Shown: positions 1 to 9,809 of the stretch, in pieces
How the letters are laid out: every line of letters starts with the position of its first letter
Position numbering within the stretch: the first letter of the stretch is position 1
IMG/VR virus record: IMGVR_UViG_3300047171_000080
Location: 520 to 64,519 of that record
From: a virus
Lineage: Duplodnaviria > Caudoviricetes
Direction: 5' to 3' (one strand)
Length of the DNA stretch: 64,000 nucleotides
Translations under genes and position numbers: made by a program
Notes under the pieces: generated by a model
What the model was told of the DNA's origin: nothing
The model's input: only the letters and a program-made list of their open reading frames with translations
Database searches by the model: none

Positions 1-88
1 TGACGAGCGACTCGCCCGCGGTCTTTGCGGCGCCGAGTAGTGTGGTGCCGAGCGACTTCGCGTCGGCGACGAGTTGGGTCGTATCCAA
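1..88 (-). CDS. Partial hypothetical protein (runs off left edge)
   Basis: AGGAGA SD then TTG start, MDTTQLVADAKSLG..., open to the window edge. Confidence 0.5.
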   Translation of the reverse strand, partial: MDTTQLVADAKSLGTTLLGAAKTAGESLV

Positions 89-241
89 GATGGTTCTCCT
101 GTGCGCGCACGCGGCGCGCGGTTGCATGCGATACCGCGCGCTGACGCGGCCGTGGGCTGCAGCCCAACGTCTTGTGGCGCTCTAGCCGAAGCGAGCGCGC
201 TACCGGTTTCGGCACATCAGATGATGTCGCAAAATCGGTAG

Positions 242-598
242 CTACGGGTTCGCCGCCTTCGCGGCTTTGAGCCCTTGGCGCGCACGATACGCCGCACCGA
301 TCGCGAGCGCGATCGCGCCGAGCGCGTGCGGGGATGCGAGATAAGATGCGAACGCATAGTACGACGCGATCGAGCGCCACGGATGGTCGGTGAAGTAGGC
401 CGACCCGAGCGTCCCGATCGCGGTGAGCGATCCGAAGAATGCGGACACCGCGAACGATTTGATCGGTTCGCGCATGGGCGCCGGTACAGACATCCACGCG
501 GCGTAGAGCGCGGCGAATGGAGACGTCGCCGGCGGCCGGACGTCGGTCGGCACGCCGTCGACGATTTCGTGCGACGGAGTTGGTGGAAGGCTACTCAT
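242..598 (-). CDS. Small membrane protein, holin-like
   Basis: Two hydrophobic segments and a basic C-terminus, downstream of the lysins. Confidence 0.5.
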   Translation of the reverse strand: MSSLPPTPSHEIVDGVPTDVRPPATSPFAALYAAWMSVPAPMREPIKSFAVSAFFGSLTAIGTLGSAYFTDHPWRSIASYYAFASYLASPHALGAIALAIGAAYRARQGLKAAKAANP

Positions 599-926
599 TC
601 GGGAACGGCCTTGTGTCGTCGAGAATCTGAAGCTGGCCCGCGCGCAAGAAAAGATGGCAGACCCACGTATTGCCTTTGGTCAAGAGCGATGGTTCAATGT
701 GCGGCGGATCCACGGACACCAGATCCCATGCTGGTTCGAACGCATACGGTTTAAGCGGGACCTCGTGCCGTCCGAATGCACACGCGCATCTGAAAAAGAT
801 GCGGCGTGAACCGTCGTCAACGCGAAAGATGACGACATCGCCGATCTGGAAATCGGCCGAAATCAGTTTACTCCAGTCGGGCTCCGTTTCGAGCAGAGCG
901 ACGAGGCGCGCGGGATACGTCTTCAC
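591..926 (-). CDS. DUF6527-like Cys/His protein
   Basis: CAC...WDL...PHIEPSL...CHLFLRAG pattern; GTG start overlaps the upstream stop. Confidence 0.55.
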   Translation of the reverse strand: MKTYPARLVALLETEPDWSKLISADFQIGDVVIFRVDDGSRRIFFRCACAFGRHEVPLKPYAFEPAWDLVSVDPPHIEPSLLTKGNTWVCHLFLRAGQLQILDDTRPFPNE

Positions 927-1081
927 GGTTCTTCTCCAAACTGGAAGAACCGGCCGTCGTATTCGGCCGGTTTGAACGAGTCCATGATCGCGATCCAAAC
1001 GACCAGCGCAATTCCGAATAGCGTCCACGCGAATACGAGAATCGAACCCGCGAACGCGATCGCCGAGAAGACGCGCTTCAT
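923..1081 (-). CDS. Small membrane protein
   Basis: MKRVFSAIAFAG... hydrophobic; coupled overlaps at both ends. Confidence 0.5.
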   Translation of the reverse strand: MKRVFSAIAFAGSILVFAWTLFGIALVVWIAIMDSFKPAEYDGRFFQFGEEP

Positions 1082-1803
1082 AGCGCGAGCTTGATTCTGT
1101 GCGCGGTCTCGCGCAGCGCATCGCCGCACTCCGTCGCAAACGCGAACGACATCTCCACGCCCGCCGGAAGCGGCGTGAAGATCGATAGATCTCCGCGCGT
1201 GTTTCCGTCCGACGGCGTGTCGGTCCAGAAGTACGGCTCGTACGCGGCCGGAGATCCGGGGTAGTGCGCCGCCTCAGCGTGCGTCAGCACATTCATTTCG
1301 CCGTAGAACGGGTTCTCATCGAGACGCGTGCCCGAGATGTCGATATCGTATTTCTTCGCGCACGCCGCGATCGCGGCGCACAGCCACGTAAGCCCCGTGA
1401 CCGTCACGGGATCGGGGCCGAAGTTTTGCGGCGTCGCGCCGTCCATGCCGGCGAGGCAGATCCCGATCGCGCCCGTGTTGCGATGATACGTGTGCGCCGC
1501 GTAGTTCGCGCTGAGCGTGCTGCGCGCGTTGTCGCGCACGTCGTGCGTCGTGACGATTTCGTAATGCCCGGCCTTTTCGAGAATCATCACGTTGTAGTCG
1601 GCGAACTCCGAGCACATGCCGGCGACGGACCAGTGCGCGTAGATGCGCGTAATATCCGGATCTTCGTACGTGCCCGAGTCCGTGCGATTGCCCGCGCTCA
1701 CGCTGGGCAACGTTTTCATGAACGCGCGCGCCGCGTCGACGATCGCCGGATCGATCGATTCGTCCAGTTTGAATGCGCCGAGCGGATTGAATGTTTCACT
1801 CAT
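1078..1803 (-). CDS. N-acetylmuramoyl-L-alanine amidase (Amidase_2-like endolysin)
   Basis: IYAHWS, AAHTYHRNTGAIGICLAG and THAE zinc-amidase motifs; start re-called at MSETF. Confidence 0.8.
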   Translation of the reverse strand: MSETFNPLGAFKLDESIDPAIVDAARAFMKTLPSVSAGNRTDSGTYEDPDITRIYAHWSVAGMCSEFADYNVMILEKAGHYEIVTTHDVRDNARSTLSANYAAHTYHRNTGAIGICLAGMDGATPQNFGPDPVTVTGLTWLCAAIAACAKKYDIDISGTRLDENPFYGEMNVLTHAEAAHYPGSPAAYEPYFWTDTPSDGNTRGDLSIFTPLPAGVEMSFAFATECGDALRETAHRIKLAL

Positions 1804-2524
1804 CGAGAAGTGCCGCCCATCCGTTCGCACGATCGACCGCGCCGACGCCGTACTTCCAGTTGCCCTTGACGCCGTCGCGCAGTGCGATCGCCATCGCGCC
1901 CTCGTAGCCCGTGTTATAGGCTTCGAAGCCGAGAATGTCGGGATCGCCGTTGGGTACGAGCTTCGCGAGCGCCGGGTTCGCCGCGAAATCTTTGCGCGCG
2001 CGCTCGAGATTATTCCGGAGAATGCTCGCCGCGAAGTCGACGCCGTACAGCGGATCAAGCAGCTTGTCGATAATCTGCGAGTCGGTGAGCTTTGCGAATT
2101 GCGGATCGCCCTTCGCCGTCGTGACGTCTTCTTGCTCGATGCCGACGTCTTCGTGATCGAGCGCTTGCGCGGCCGTCTCGCCCGGCTTGGCGTCTTGGCG
2201 ATTCGGGTTGATCGCCTTCGCATCGTCGCGTGACTCGCCGTCGAGTAACGACTGCAGTTGCGAAAGCCTCACGCGATTCTGCGCAGCCGATTTCACGATG
2301 ATGCCCGCGAGCGCAACGGCCTGCGATTTCGTCACTTGGTGAATCACGCCGCCGGTCGTCGGCAGCGGTCCGATCGCGATCGTGCGCGACTCGATCAGCT
2401 GCGCGAGAACGGTGATCTTGTCCGGTGCCGGCTTCGTCGGCGTCGCGACGATCGGAAGCGGCGGATGCGGCCGCGTAAGTATGATGAGCAGCGATTGAAA
2501 AAGGCTCTTGATGAACGTCAGCAC
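1796..2524 (-). CDS. Lytic transglycosylase-like (SLT/lysozyme fold) protein
   Basis: ES..D..A.N, GIEQ, LLDP..G...AA and AYNTG motifs. Confidence 0.65.
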   Translation of the reverse strand: MLTFIKSLFQSLLIILTRPHPPLPIVATPTKPAPDKITVLAQLIESRTIAIGPLPTTGGVIHQVTKSQAVALAGIIVKSAAQNRVRLSQLQSLLDGESRDDAKAINPNRQDAKPGETAAQALDHEDVGIEQEDVTTAKGDPQFAKLTDSQIIDKLLDPLYGVDFAASILRNNLERARKDFAANPALAKLVPNGDPDILGFEAYNTGYEGAMAIALRDGVKGNWKYGVGAVDRANGWAALLDE

Positions 2525-3069
2525 GCGAGCTCCAACGGGTCGCCGATGATCGTGTAGACGACCGTTTCCGAATCCAGCTGCGGCTTCAAGAACGCGACGA
2601 GGCGCGCGAGATCCGCGTTATGCAGCCGCGTGCAGCCTTCGGTCTTGCAAAGTTCTTGATAGGCCGCAAACGGGTCTGGAGCGTTGCTACCGCCGCCGTG
2701 GCACATGATGCCGCCGCGGCCGAAGACCGCGAGCTGCCCGATCTTGCCGACGATGCCACCGATCTCGACACCGTTCGCATTTTCGCCCGACGCATGATGG
2801 CTCGCAACGAGCTTCGCGAGTAGCGCTTCGTCGATGTCGCTGACGTCGATTTGCGCGGAGCCCTCGCTCGCGATCGGCGCAAACTGTTCGATGCTCGTGA
2901 GTACGAAATGACCCGGTGGACACCATCCGTCGTGACCGTAGCCCGGGCCGCCCCAGGCGTCGCCGCCCGCTTCGAACTCGAGATCTCCGAACGAGTCGGT
3001 CGCGATCGCACCATTGGGATCAAATACTTTGTATTTTGCGTTGGGACGATCGAAAATTACGTGCAGCAT
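2518..3069 (-). CDS. L,D-transpeptidase (YkuD/Tlde1)-like protein
   Basis: PPGHF, IMCHGG...TEGCTRL catalytic His/Cys motif. Confidence 0.7.
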   Translation of the reverse strand: MLHVIFDRPNAKYKVFDPNGAIATDSFGDLEFEAGGDAWGGPGYGHDGWCPPGHFVLTSIEQFAPIASEGSAQIDVSDIDEALLAKLVASHHASGENANGVEIGGIVGKIGQLAVFGRGGIMCHGGGSNAPDPFAAYQELCKTEGCTRLHNADLARLVAFLKPQLDSETVVYTIIGDPLELAC

Positions 3070-3088
3070 CGCATCTCCTCATGGGCAA

Positions 3089-3114
3089 GAAAAAAAGCCC
3101 TCGCGAGCGAGAGC
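3089..3114 (-). terminator. Intrinsic terminator before the lysin cassette
   Basis: Minus strand GCTCTCGCTCGCGAGGGC followed by T7. Confidence 0.55.
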
Positions 3115-3138
3115 CTGTAGGTGTTTGGGTCGACGGCT

Positions 3139-3600
3139 TTAGCGGGTGACGATCGGTCGAGGCGTCGGCGTCGGACCGCACGACTTGTTGTAATCCGCCT
3201 CGAGCTCGCCGATGTAGTCGCGAATGCCCGTCGCCTTACTCGAGTCGGCGTCGGCGAGATGCGTCCACGTGCCCGAGACGCCGGCGATGTCCCGGGCAAG
3301 ATACGGATCGGTGATTTTCGCGCGCGCGAAGTCTCCAACAATTCTCGCCCACAGAAGCGATGCACGATTCTCGTCGTCGGCGTGCGAATCGTCGAGGCTA
3401 GCGGTGCGCGTGTAGTACGTGAGGACGTCGGCTGAGCGCGCGCGCAGCGAGTCGCAATCGCGGGCGTGAACGTATTGCTCGTCGTCGTAGATGCTGCGCA
3501 CGTTCCACCATGCGGATATCGATGCAAGCGCGAGCGCGATGATCACGAGCGGCGCATTGTTGCGCATCCACGAATCGAATGCGGCGTACGCTTTGTTCAT
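3139..3600 (-). CDS. Membrane-anchored/secreted hypothetical protein
   Basis: N-terminal TM segment, two Cys residues. Confidence 0.6.
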   Translation of the reverse strand: MNKAYAAFDSWMRNNAPLVIIALALASISAWWNVRSIYDDEQYVHARDCDSLRARSADVLTYYTRTASLDDSHADDENRASLLWARIVGDFARAKITDPYLARDIAGVSGTWTHLADADSSKATGIRDYIGELEADYNKSCGPTPTPRPIVTR

Positions 3601-3836
3601 ATTGCCACCTCATCGACTAGTACAGCAGCGTCTTCGGGAATTTCGACGGTGCGATGAGCCTTGGCGAGCGATCGCAGTATGAGCGCACGCGCAACTGGGC
3701 CGATCGCCCATCCGCCAGCAGCGGTGAGAATTGTGTGAAACCAAAAGCGATCGGCGAGCCCGATCGCGCCGCCCGCCTGCGCGTATACGATGACGATGAT
3801 CCCGTAGACGGCGAGAAATATCGACGAGATCGTCAC
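3597..3836 (-). CDS. Two-TM small protein (holin/antiholin candidate)
   Basis: GTGA overlap start, MTISSIFLAVYGII..., two hydrophobic helices. Confidence 0.5.
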   Translation of the reverse strand: MTISSIFLAVYGIIVIVYAQAGGAIGLADRFWFHTILTAAGGWAIGPVARALILRSLAKAHRTVEIPEDAAVLVDEVAI

Positions 3837-4231
3837 GGGGATTGCGGCGACGTCATATCCGATGCGTTCAACGATGTGGTCGACGAGTGGTCGGTCGGAG
3901 ACGGTGTAGTACGAGTACCGTCCAGTGATGGGGGTAAGTACGCCGTCGGAATTTTGATCGTGTCGACGATCGGCGCCGTCTCCACGCGCAGCGGCCCCAG
4001 TTGAATCGCGATCTTGTTCGACGCGAGCACTCGTTCGAGGATCGATTTCCCGGTCTCGAAGACTCCGAGTGCGGTCATCGCGATCGGAATGAGCGAACTG
4101 TGCTGCAGATGATCGAAACCGAACTCGTAGACCAACAGAAACGTCCCGATCAACGTCGCGAGGCGATATCGCGATACTGAGCCCAAGCGCGGCGGCGGAT
4201 TGGAAGATGAGCCCGGCGACTGATTTTGCAC
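3833..4231 (-). CDS. Membrane protein (holin candidate)
   Basis: Two hydrophobic segments; first gene after the tail fibre. Confidence 0.45.
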   Translation of the reverse strand: MQNQSPGSSSNPPPRLGSVSRYRLATLIGTFLLVYEFGFDHLQHSSLIPIAMTALGVFETGKSILERVLASNKIAIQLGPLRVETAPIVDTIKIPTAYLPPSLDGTRTTPSPTDHSSTTSLNASDMTSPQSP

Positions 4232-4335
4232 TCAAAGCCCTCAACTCCCGAAACGATGATGACTTTTTGGCAACTCGCGCGCAGCCATCATCGAACGTCG
4301 CCCGCGAGGATATCTTTGTAGTGATGACCACGGCG

Positions 4336-5448
4336 CTACGCAATGCGCGTCGCCGTGATAACGAGTAGCCCCGCGGTGCCTTCTTGCGACATACTCCCCG
4401 AGTTGACGAACGTGACCGTCGCTTCTGGTGTGTCGCCGCTCGCCGCCTCACCCGTGATGTCGATATATTGCACCTGCGAAGCGGCACCGTTGGTGATCGT
4501 GCCCTCTTGGTTTATCGAACATCCGGTAAGCGCGATGCGAATGTTGCCGTTGAGCACACCGCACGATGCATAGGCGATGACGCGCCACGTTCCGGTTCCG
4601 AGCGGCCCCAGCTGCACGCTCGTCGATGTGAGGGACCCGATGCGCACGACCCCTGGCACGGCTGAGCTTCCGACTCCTCCGGCGGGCCCAGGGGGCCCTG
4701 GCTCGCCCTGCAAGCCCATACTGCCTTGCTGGCCCTGCGGGCCCGTCTCGCCAGGGGGCCCGACCGTTCCGCTGACCGCGATCGTAATGCGGCCTTCGCT
4801 ATCGCGCCCGATCGTAACGTTTGATCCAGCGCCGATGATCGTCTGCGCACCGGTGCCGCCGTTGAGCGATGAGACCGTCTCGCCAATGAAGTCTTCAAGT
4901 ACCGTCGCAAGATTCGGAAACAGATAAGTAATCGTGCATTGCGTGCCTTCCGTCGCGCCGGGCGGCACCGAAATCGTCGCGAACGCGCTATAACCTGTCG
5001 GCGCGGCAGGAGCGTTCGTCGCCGACGACCCTTGCGTGTACTCGTACTCGAGGCTATCGACGTAGGAATAACCGTTGCCGGGCGTCGGTCCACTGCCGCT
5101 GTTGAATTCGACAGCGTGCTCGTTCGTCGTGATCTGCACTGGCGCAATCGAAATGAGATCGATGCGCGGCGTGCTACCGGTGTTCGGCGGGATCGTGTAC
5201 GTTCGCGCGGGAGCGTCCGAGCAATAGAGCCCCTTGACGAAAGCGACCCCGCTGCCTCCGATCGAAAGCGAAAGCGCACTCGACGACGGCGTGACGACGA
5301 TGTTGTTTGCGGCGAGAAAGATATTCTGCTGCGCGAACAGCATCGCGAGCACGTTTCCCACGAAGAACCGATGGTTATAGCTGTCGTCGTTGAGCATCGC
5401 TACGGTGACGATCTCTTGGTTTTGATACTGCTCAAACTGGATGCCCAT
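4336..5448 (-). CDS. Tail fibre protein with collagen-like segment
   Basis: PRIDLISI baseplate-fibre motif, GxY repeats, position after baseplate genes. Confidence 0.75.
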   Translation of the reverse strand: MGIQFEQYQNQEIVTVAMLNDDSYNHRFFVGNVLAMLFAQQNIFLAANNIVVTPSSSALSLSIGGSGVAFVKGLYCSDAPARTYTIPPNTGSTPRIDLISIAPVQITTNEHAVEFNSGSGPTPGNGYSYVDSLEYEYTQGSSATNAPAAPTGYSAFATISVPPGATEGTQCTITYLFPNLATVLEDFIGETVSSLNGGTGAQTIIGAGSNVTIGRDSEGRITIAVSGTVGPPGETGPQGQQGSMGLQGEPGPPGPAGGVGSSAVPGVVRIGSLTSTSVQLGPLGTGTWRVIAYASCGVLNGNIRIALTGCSINQEGTITNGAASQVQYIDITGEAASGDTPEATVTFVNSGSMSQEGTAGLLVITATRIA

Positions 5449-6353
5449 TACGATACGACTCCCGATGTGGCGTAGACCGGCTTCGTGCCGATCGCTTTGA
5501 TGCTGCGCACGAGCGCGTCGAATTGGGCCGAGAGCGGATTTTCAAACGTGTACGTCGATCCGCCGAGAATGGTCGTGGTGCCGAGATACGACGTGCCGAG
5601 TGTCCACGCGGGCTTATTGCTTGGGTAAGCAAACAGGATGCAGAATTGCGGCGGCGCAATCCCGACGGCCGCGGCGAGCTGCGGATTCGTCTGCTGATCG
5701 AAGACGGTGATCGTCGCGGCCGTGAAGCCGATCGCGGTCACGTAATCAGTGACCACGCCTTGCACGCAATCGTACGTCGTGAGGAGCAGCGTGAGACGCC
5801 GCACGATGCGATAGATATACGACGCGTCGCTCTCGACGACGCCCGTATTCATGTTGACGACGCGTGGAAAGGACGATCCGAGAAAGTCTTCGACCCACGA
5901 GTCGATCTCGGTGCCCGAAGACGTGAACAGCCGCATTGCAGCGAGCGTGCTGTCGATTTGCGAGTCGAGTGCCGCAAGAGTGGCCGCGAGCCCCGTCGCG
6001 AGTGCGTAGGCGACACCGCCCGGGCTGCGCGCTGCATCGCTAAACCATCCGCGCGGCCAGAGCTCGATCTGTGCGCCGATGTATCCGGCTTGCGAAAGCG
6101 CAGGCGATCGATAGCCGGCTACGGTTACCGCGGTCGTCGAGCCGTCAACGTTCGCGGTGAAGATCTGCGGCTCGGGCGGCGCCTGCTGACCAAAAAACGC
6201 CGCAGTGCAGCTCGCGCCGGCATCGGGCGACACGGCGACGTAACCGCCAGGTGTCGTATAGGCTTGCGAGGTGCCTTCGACCGTACCGACGATGGTCACG
6301 AGAATGCCCGACGGCAGCGCGTTGACGCCCGTTTCGTCGAAGAATTGCAGCAT
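5448..6353 (-). CDS. Baseplate wedge protein (gpI/gp7-like)
   Basis: LWPRGW, DSWVEDFLG...PR...ESDASY motifs; follows baseplate J. Confidence 0.65.
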   Translation of the reverse strand: MLQFFDETGVNALPSGILVTIVGTVEGTSQAYTTPGGYVAVSPDAGASCTAAFFGQQAPPEPQIFTANVDGSTTAVTVAGYRSPALSQAGYIGAQIELWPRGWFSDAARSPGGVAYALATGLAATLAALDSQIDSTLAAMRLFTSSGTEIDSWVEDFLGSSFPRVVNMNTGVVESDASYIYRIVRRLTLLLTTYDCVQGVVTDYVTAIGFTAATITVFDQQTNPQLAAAVGIAPPQFCILFAYPSNKPAWTLGTSYLGTTTILGGSTYTFENPLSAQFDALVRSIKAIGTKPVYATSGVVS

Positions 6354-6355
6354 CG

Positions 6356-7531
6356 CTACGTCGACGCCGTGATTGTGCCCGCGACGATCTGCGTTGCGAA
6401 TGGTGCGACGATATCGGTCCCGCTTTCGCCGTTGAGCACAAGATTATCGATGTTGGTCACGCCCGCGACGCCGAAAAGCACGGCGTAGCAGCGGCCGTAG
6501 GAAAGCGTCGTGGTGCCACCCGCAGCGTTGAGGCCGATCGCATCAATGAATGCACCGAGCGCGGCTTCTGTCGCGGCGACCCATTGCGCTTGCGTCTGCC
6601 CTGCCGGCGGAGTGCCGCTGAGCGTGTAGGTCGCGTTGATCGTAAGCAACGTAGGTGCGATCACATCGTACGAAATGCCGATTGGGCGCACTTTCGCAAT
6701 TGCGGCGCTAACGTTTTGGATTAAGACGCTGCCCGGCCCACTCGACTGGCCTTGCACGTTGACGACGACTGTGAAGAATCCATCGGGATTCTCAGAGCCG
6801 TTGGGGTTGATTCCGTCGCCGACCGAAAACGTGAGATTGTCCTGTACGCTCTGGATCGCACCGACGATCGAAGCCGGAGCGCCGGAGCGCTGGCCTGAGA
6901 ACGTCGACGCGAACCGCGCCTTCATCGCTGCGTCGGTTTCGGTATCGCTGCCGTTCGTAAACGCAACGGGGTTCGTGAACGTGAACGATGCGGTAAGCGG
7001 TTGCGATCCCGGACCGCTGTAGATCAGAAAGACCGAGTTCGCCGGCGTATTCGAGATCGATCCCGCCGTCTGGCTCACAACGGAGATGGCGATCGATGAC
7101 TGACCGACCGCGAGCACGTACGCGTTGAGGGTCGCGTTATAGGCGGCTTGCGTCGTATCCGCGATGACGAGGAACGGAATGCTATCCGGATTGAGCAGCG
7201 TCGATCCGACGGGAATGTAGACGGCCGTCGTGACAGGCGATTGCGTCGATGCTTCGACGGATCCCGACGACGACACCGCGCCGAGCCTGACCAAGGAAAA
7301 CGGTGCGCAGAACGAGTCGACGTCGGCGCCGAAACACGTCGCGAGCCGCGCAACCGAAGCGACGTACGCCGTCTGCTGCTCTTGCTGCACGCCGAGTAGC
7401 GCGACGGCGTTAAAAATCGCGCCTAGCGGCTCGCCCGGCGCCGTTCCGGCGGGAAGCGTTGCCTGCGAGCTATACTGCTCCGACTCGAGCTGCTGGAGTT
7501 CGCTAAACGTTTGCTGCGTGAGAAACGCCAT
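6356..7531 (-). CDS. Baseplate J/gp47 family protein
   Basis: FTNPVAFTNGSDTETDAAMKAR and VRPIGI motifs. Confidence 0.88.
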   Translation of the reverse strand: MAFLTQQTFSELQQLESEQYSSQATLPAGTAPGEPLGAIFNAVALLGVQQEQQTAYVASVARLATCFGADVDSFCAPFSLVRLGAVSSSGSVEASTQSPVTTAVYIPVGSTLLNPDSIPFLVIADTTQAAYNATLNAYVLAVGQSSIAISVVSQTAGSISNTPANSVFLIYSGPGSQPLTASFTFTNPVAFTNGSDTETDAAMKARFASTFSGQRSGAPASIVGAIQSVQDNLTFSVGDGINPNGSENPDGFFTVVVNVQGQSSGPGSVLIQNVSAAIAKVRPIGISYDVIAPTLLTINATYTLSGTPPAGQTQAQWVAATEAALGAFIDAIGLNAAGGTTTLSYGRCYAVLFGVAGVTNIDNLVLNGESGTDIVAPFATQIVAGTITAST

Positions 7532-7539
7532 GCGACCCC

Positions 7540-9024
7540 CTAAAAGCCGTTCGTGAGCGGAAGCGATGGAATCGTTACGATCACACCCGACACCGTCTTT
7601 ACGGAAACGAAGAGCGTGAGTACGGAGCCGACGGTTGGGACCTTGACGATTGAGACCTTGACGATCGGCGCCGGGTCTTTCGCAAACCCCGCGTCTTGCG
7701 CGATCGCGTTTTGCACGCGCGCAACGATGCCCGCGATGATCGCGGGCACGAGCACGCCGTTTCCCGGCTTGCTAATTGTAGCGCGCACTCCGCTGCCGTA
7801 TTCCGGATTAAAGAGATCGTCTGCGCGCCCGATCGCATTCTGCTGCGCGTCGCGTGCGGTTGGATTCGTGAGAATGAGCCGCTGCAATCGCTGATAGGAT
7901 GCGACGGGATCGTCGAGCGTGTCTTGCGCGAGAAGCAGATTACCCTGTGGCGTGATCGTGAAGTCGCCGTTGTACGGACAATCGAGCGAGATCGAGCCGA
8001 TGATTCCTTGCGCGGCAAGGTTCGTCGGCAAGAGTTGCATCGTCGCAGTGATCGTGACGACCGCGATCGCGGAGTACGTCTCGTAAAGCGCGGTGATCTG
8101 GACTGCGCTCGACGGGTTGGGGCCCGCGGTGAAGAGCCCCAACGGGCTGATCGTTCCGCCCGACGTCGCAGACCACGTGATGCCACTCGTTACGGGCGTC
8201 GACGAGCCGTCGGTTCCGTTGAGCGTCGCCGCGATCTGGATCTGCGAGTTCGTCGGGATCGAGATAGCGCGCGGCGCGAGCACGAGCGTGTACTCGACGA
8301 TATCGGTGACGGTCGCCGTCCCGATGACGCCGTTGACCTCGGCCGAGATCGTGTCGTTGCCAGCGCGGCTCGCGGGCGCGGTGTAGAGCCCCAATGACGA
8401 TACCGTGCCGTACGTCGCGCTCCACGTCGCTACCGTCGTGACGTCGATTACTTCGCCGTTGTCGTACGTCGCCGTTGCGGTAAACTGCTGCGTTTGCCCG
8501 TCGGGAACTTGCGCGGTCGCGGGCGTTACGGCGATAGAAACGATCTCGGGAACAACTGTGACGAGCGCGGAAACCGCGACTTGGCTTACGCGCGCGTTCG
8601 CGAGCGAATTGGCGAGAGTCGTGACCGCGACTTGGCTTACGCGCGCGTTTGGCGATGAAGTGACAAGAGCTTCTAGCGAAACTTGAGTAACGCGCGCGTG
8701 CGTAATCGTGTAGGTCGCGACCGTGACGATCGTCGACGTTCCCGTCGATGCTACGAGCGTATTGCCGCTTTCATCGGCGAGTTCGTTGCCTGATTCGGTA
8801 GCAATCCGTTTTTGGTTCGAGCCGCCGATGAACGATTGCGTGCCCGTCGGGGCATTTGTGCCGCTGAACGACGCGACGTAGGCGAAACCTTGCGCAACGG
8901 TGATAGCGACAACGCCCGATGCATTCGTCGTCGCGGTGCCGACTGTGGTCGAGCCCTCCGTGACGGTGACGACGATACCCGCAGGTAATGGGGCCGACGT
9001 CGAGTCGACAAATTGGATCGACAA
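7540..9024 (-). CDS. Ig-like (Big_2) domains fused to a C-terminal gp25/DUF2634-like baseplate domain
   Basis: SIAVTPATA...QQFTATATY..G...DVT..ATWS; C-terminal GDF...GNL...NPEYGSG. Confidence 0.65.
   Translation of the reverse strand: MSIQFVDSTSAPLPAGIVVTVTEGSTTVGTATTNASGVVAITVAQGFAYVASFSGTNAPTGTQSFIGGSNQKRIATESGNELADESGNTLVASTGTSTIVTVATYTITHARVTQVSLEALVTSSPNARVSQVAVTTLANSLANARVSQVAVSALVTVVPEIVSIAVTPATAQVPDGQTQQFTATATYDNGEVIDVTTVATWSATYGTVSSLGLYTAPASRAGNDTISAEVNGVIGTATVTDIVEYTLVLAPRAISIPTNSQIQIAATLNGTDGSSTPVTSGITWSATSGGTISPLGLFTAGPNPSSAVQITALYETYSAIAVVTITATMQLLPTNLAAQGIIGSISLDCPYNGDFTITPQGNLLLAQDTLDDPVASYQRLQRLILTNPTARDAQQNAIGRADDLFNPEYGSGVRATISKPGNGVLVPAIIAGIVARVQNAIAQDAGFAKDPAPIVKVSIVKVPTVGSVLTLFVSVKTVSGVIVTIPSLPLTNGF
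8573..8649. repeat. Two identical 26-bp direct repeats (ACCGCGACTTGGCTTACGCGCGCGTT), 51-bp period, coding
   Basis: Seen at 8573 and 8624 with a degenerate third copy near 8681; encodes NARVSQVAV repeats. Confidence 0.8.
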
Positions 9025-9033
9025 GGGACCCCC

Positions 9034-9807
9034 TTACAGTCCGGCTGCCGTTACCTGAGCGAGAATGTGGGCAAACGAAATCGCGGAATCCCAATAGGCA
9101 AGTTTTGCTACACGGCAGACGAGCGCGCCGAGTATACCTGAGGTTATACCTGCGGCTTGTGCAGCGTTGACGTTGGCGATTTTCATGCCGTTCAGATACA
9201 AGGTCGTACCCATGCCGGAGACCTGTTGCAAGGTGAGATGAACTGCTCGCCCAGCCGAGACGGACGAAGTCGTCGAGCTTCCGCCGCCATTGACGACTAC
9301 GCGATACCCGCCGCTCAACGTTTGCAGGTATGAATTATTGCCCGTCGTGCCTAGCGCGAGAATGTTGTTATTATTTGCCATTTCTCCAGGCATAAAGAGT
9401 AGCGTCGCGGTGTAGTCGGCTACTTGAAGCGCCGCGCCGGGGATGATGAAATAATTCGAGTCATCGCAATACGCGGAGGGTTCTCCGTCTTTGCCTAGCG
9501 GCGGAAACCCAAACGTCGGCGTCCCGTTGAACGTGAGCGGATTCGAACCTACGGTATCAGCGGCCGATGTCGAGCCAGCGGCATCGTTGAGCGGCCAATA
9601 ATGGGCAGGGCTTTGCGCGAGAATGACGCTATCGTACGGCGTCGTCGAACCGCCCGAACTACCGCCCCCACCCGCTGTAACGAGTTCGGCGATGGTCGTT
9701 TGAGAGAGAGCATAGGGGCCGCCACTCGGCCCGTGTTCGATCGGTACGAGATCAGTCGCGTTCGGTGAGGCAACGCTCGGAAGCGAGGATACGAGTTCGT
9801 CGGCCAT
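9034..9807 (-). CDS. LamG/concanavalin-like virion protein
   Basis: ILAQSPAHYWPLND...AAD motif, TLYLNG. Confidence 0.7.
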   Translation of the reverse strand: MADELVSSLPSVASPNATDLVPIEHGPSGGPYALSQTTIAELVTAGGGGSSGGSTTPYDSVILAQSPAHYWPLNDAAGSTSAADTVGSNPLTFNGTPTFGFPPLGKDGEPSAYCDDSNYFIIPGAALQVADYTATLLFMPGEMANNNNILALGTTGNNSYLQTLSGGYRVVVNGGGSSTTSSVSAGRAVHLTLQQVSGMGTTLYLNGMKIANVNAAQAAGITSGILGALVCRVAKLAYWDSAISFAHILAQVTAAGL

Positions 9808-9809
9808 CG

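Noticed and set aside
8573-8700. CRISPR-like repeat/spacer pattern
   Set aside because: Only two exact copies, in-frame 51-bp period inside a CDS, and no cas genes
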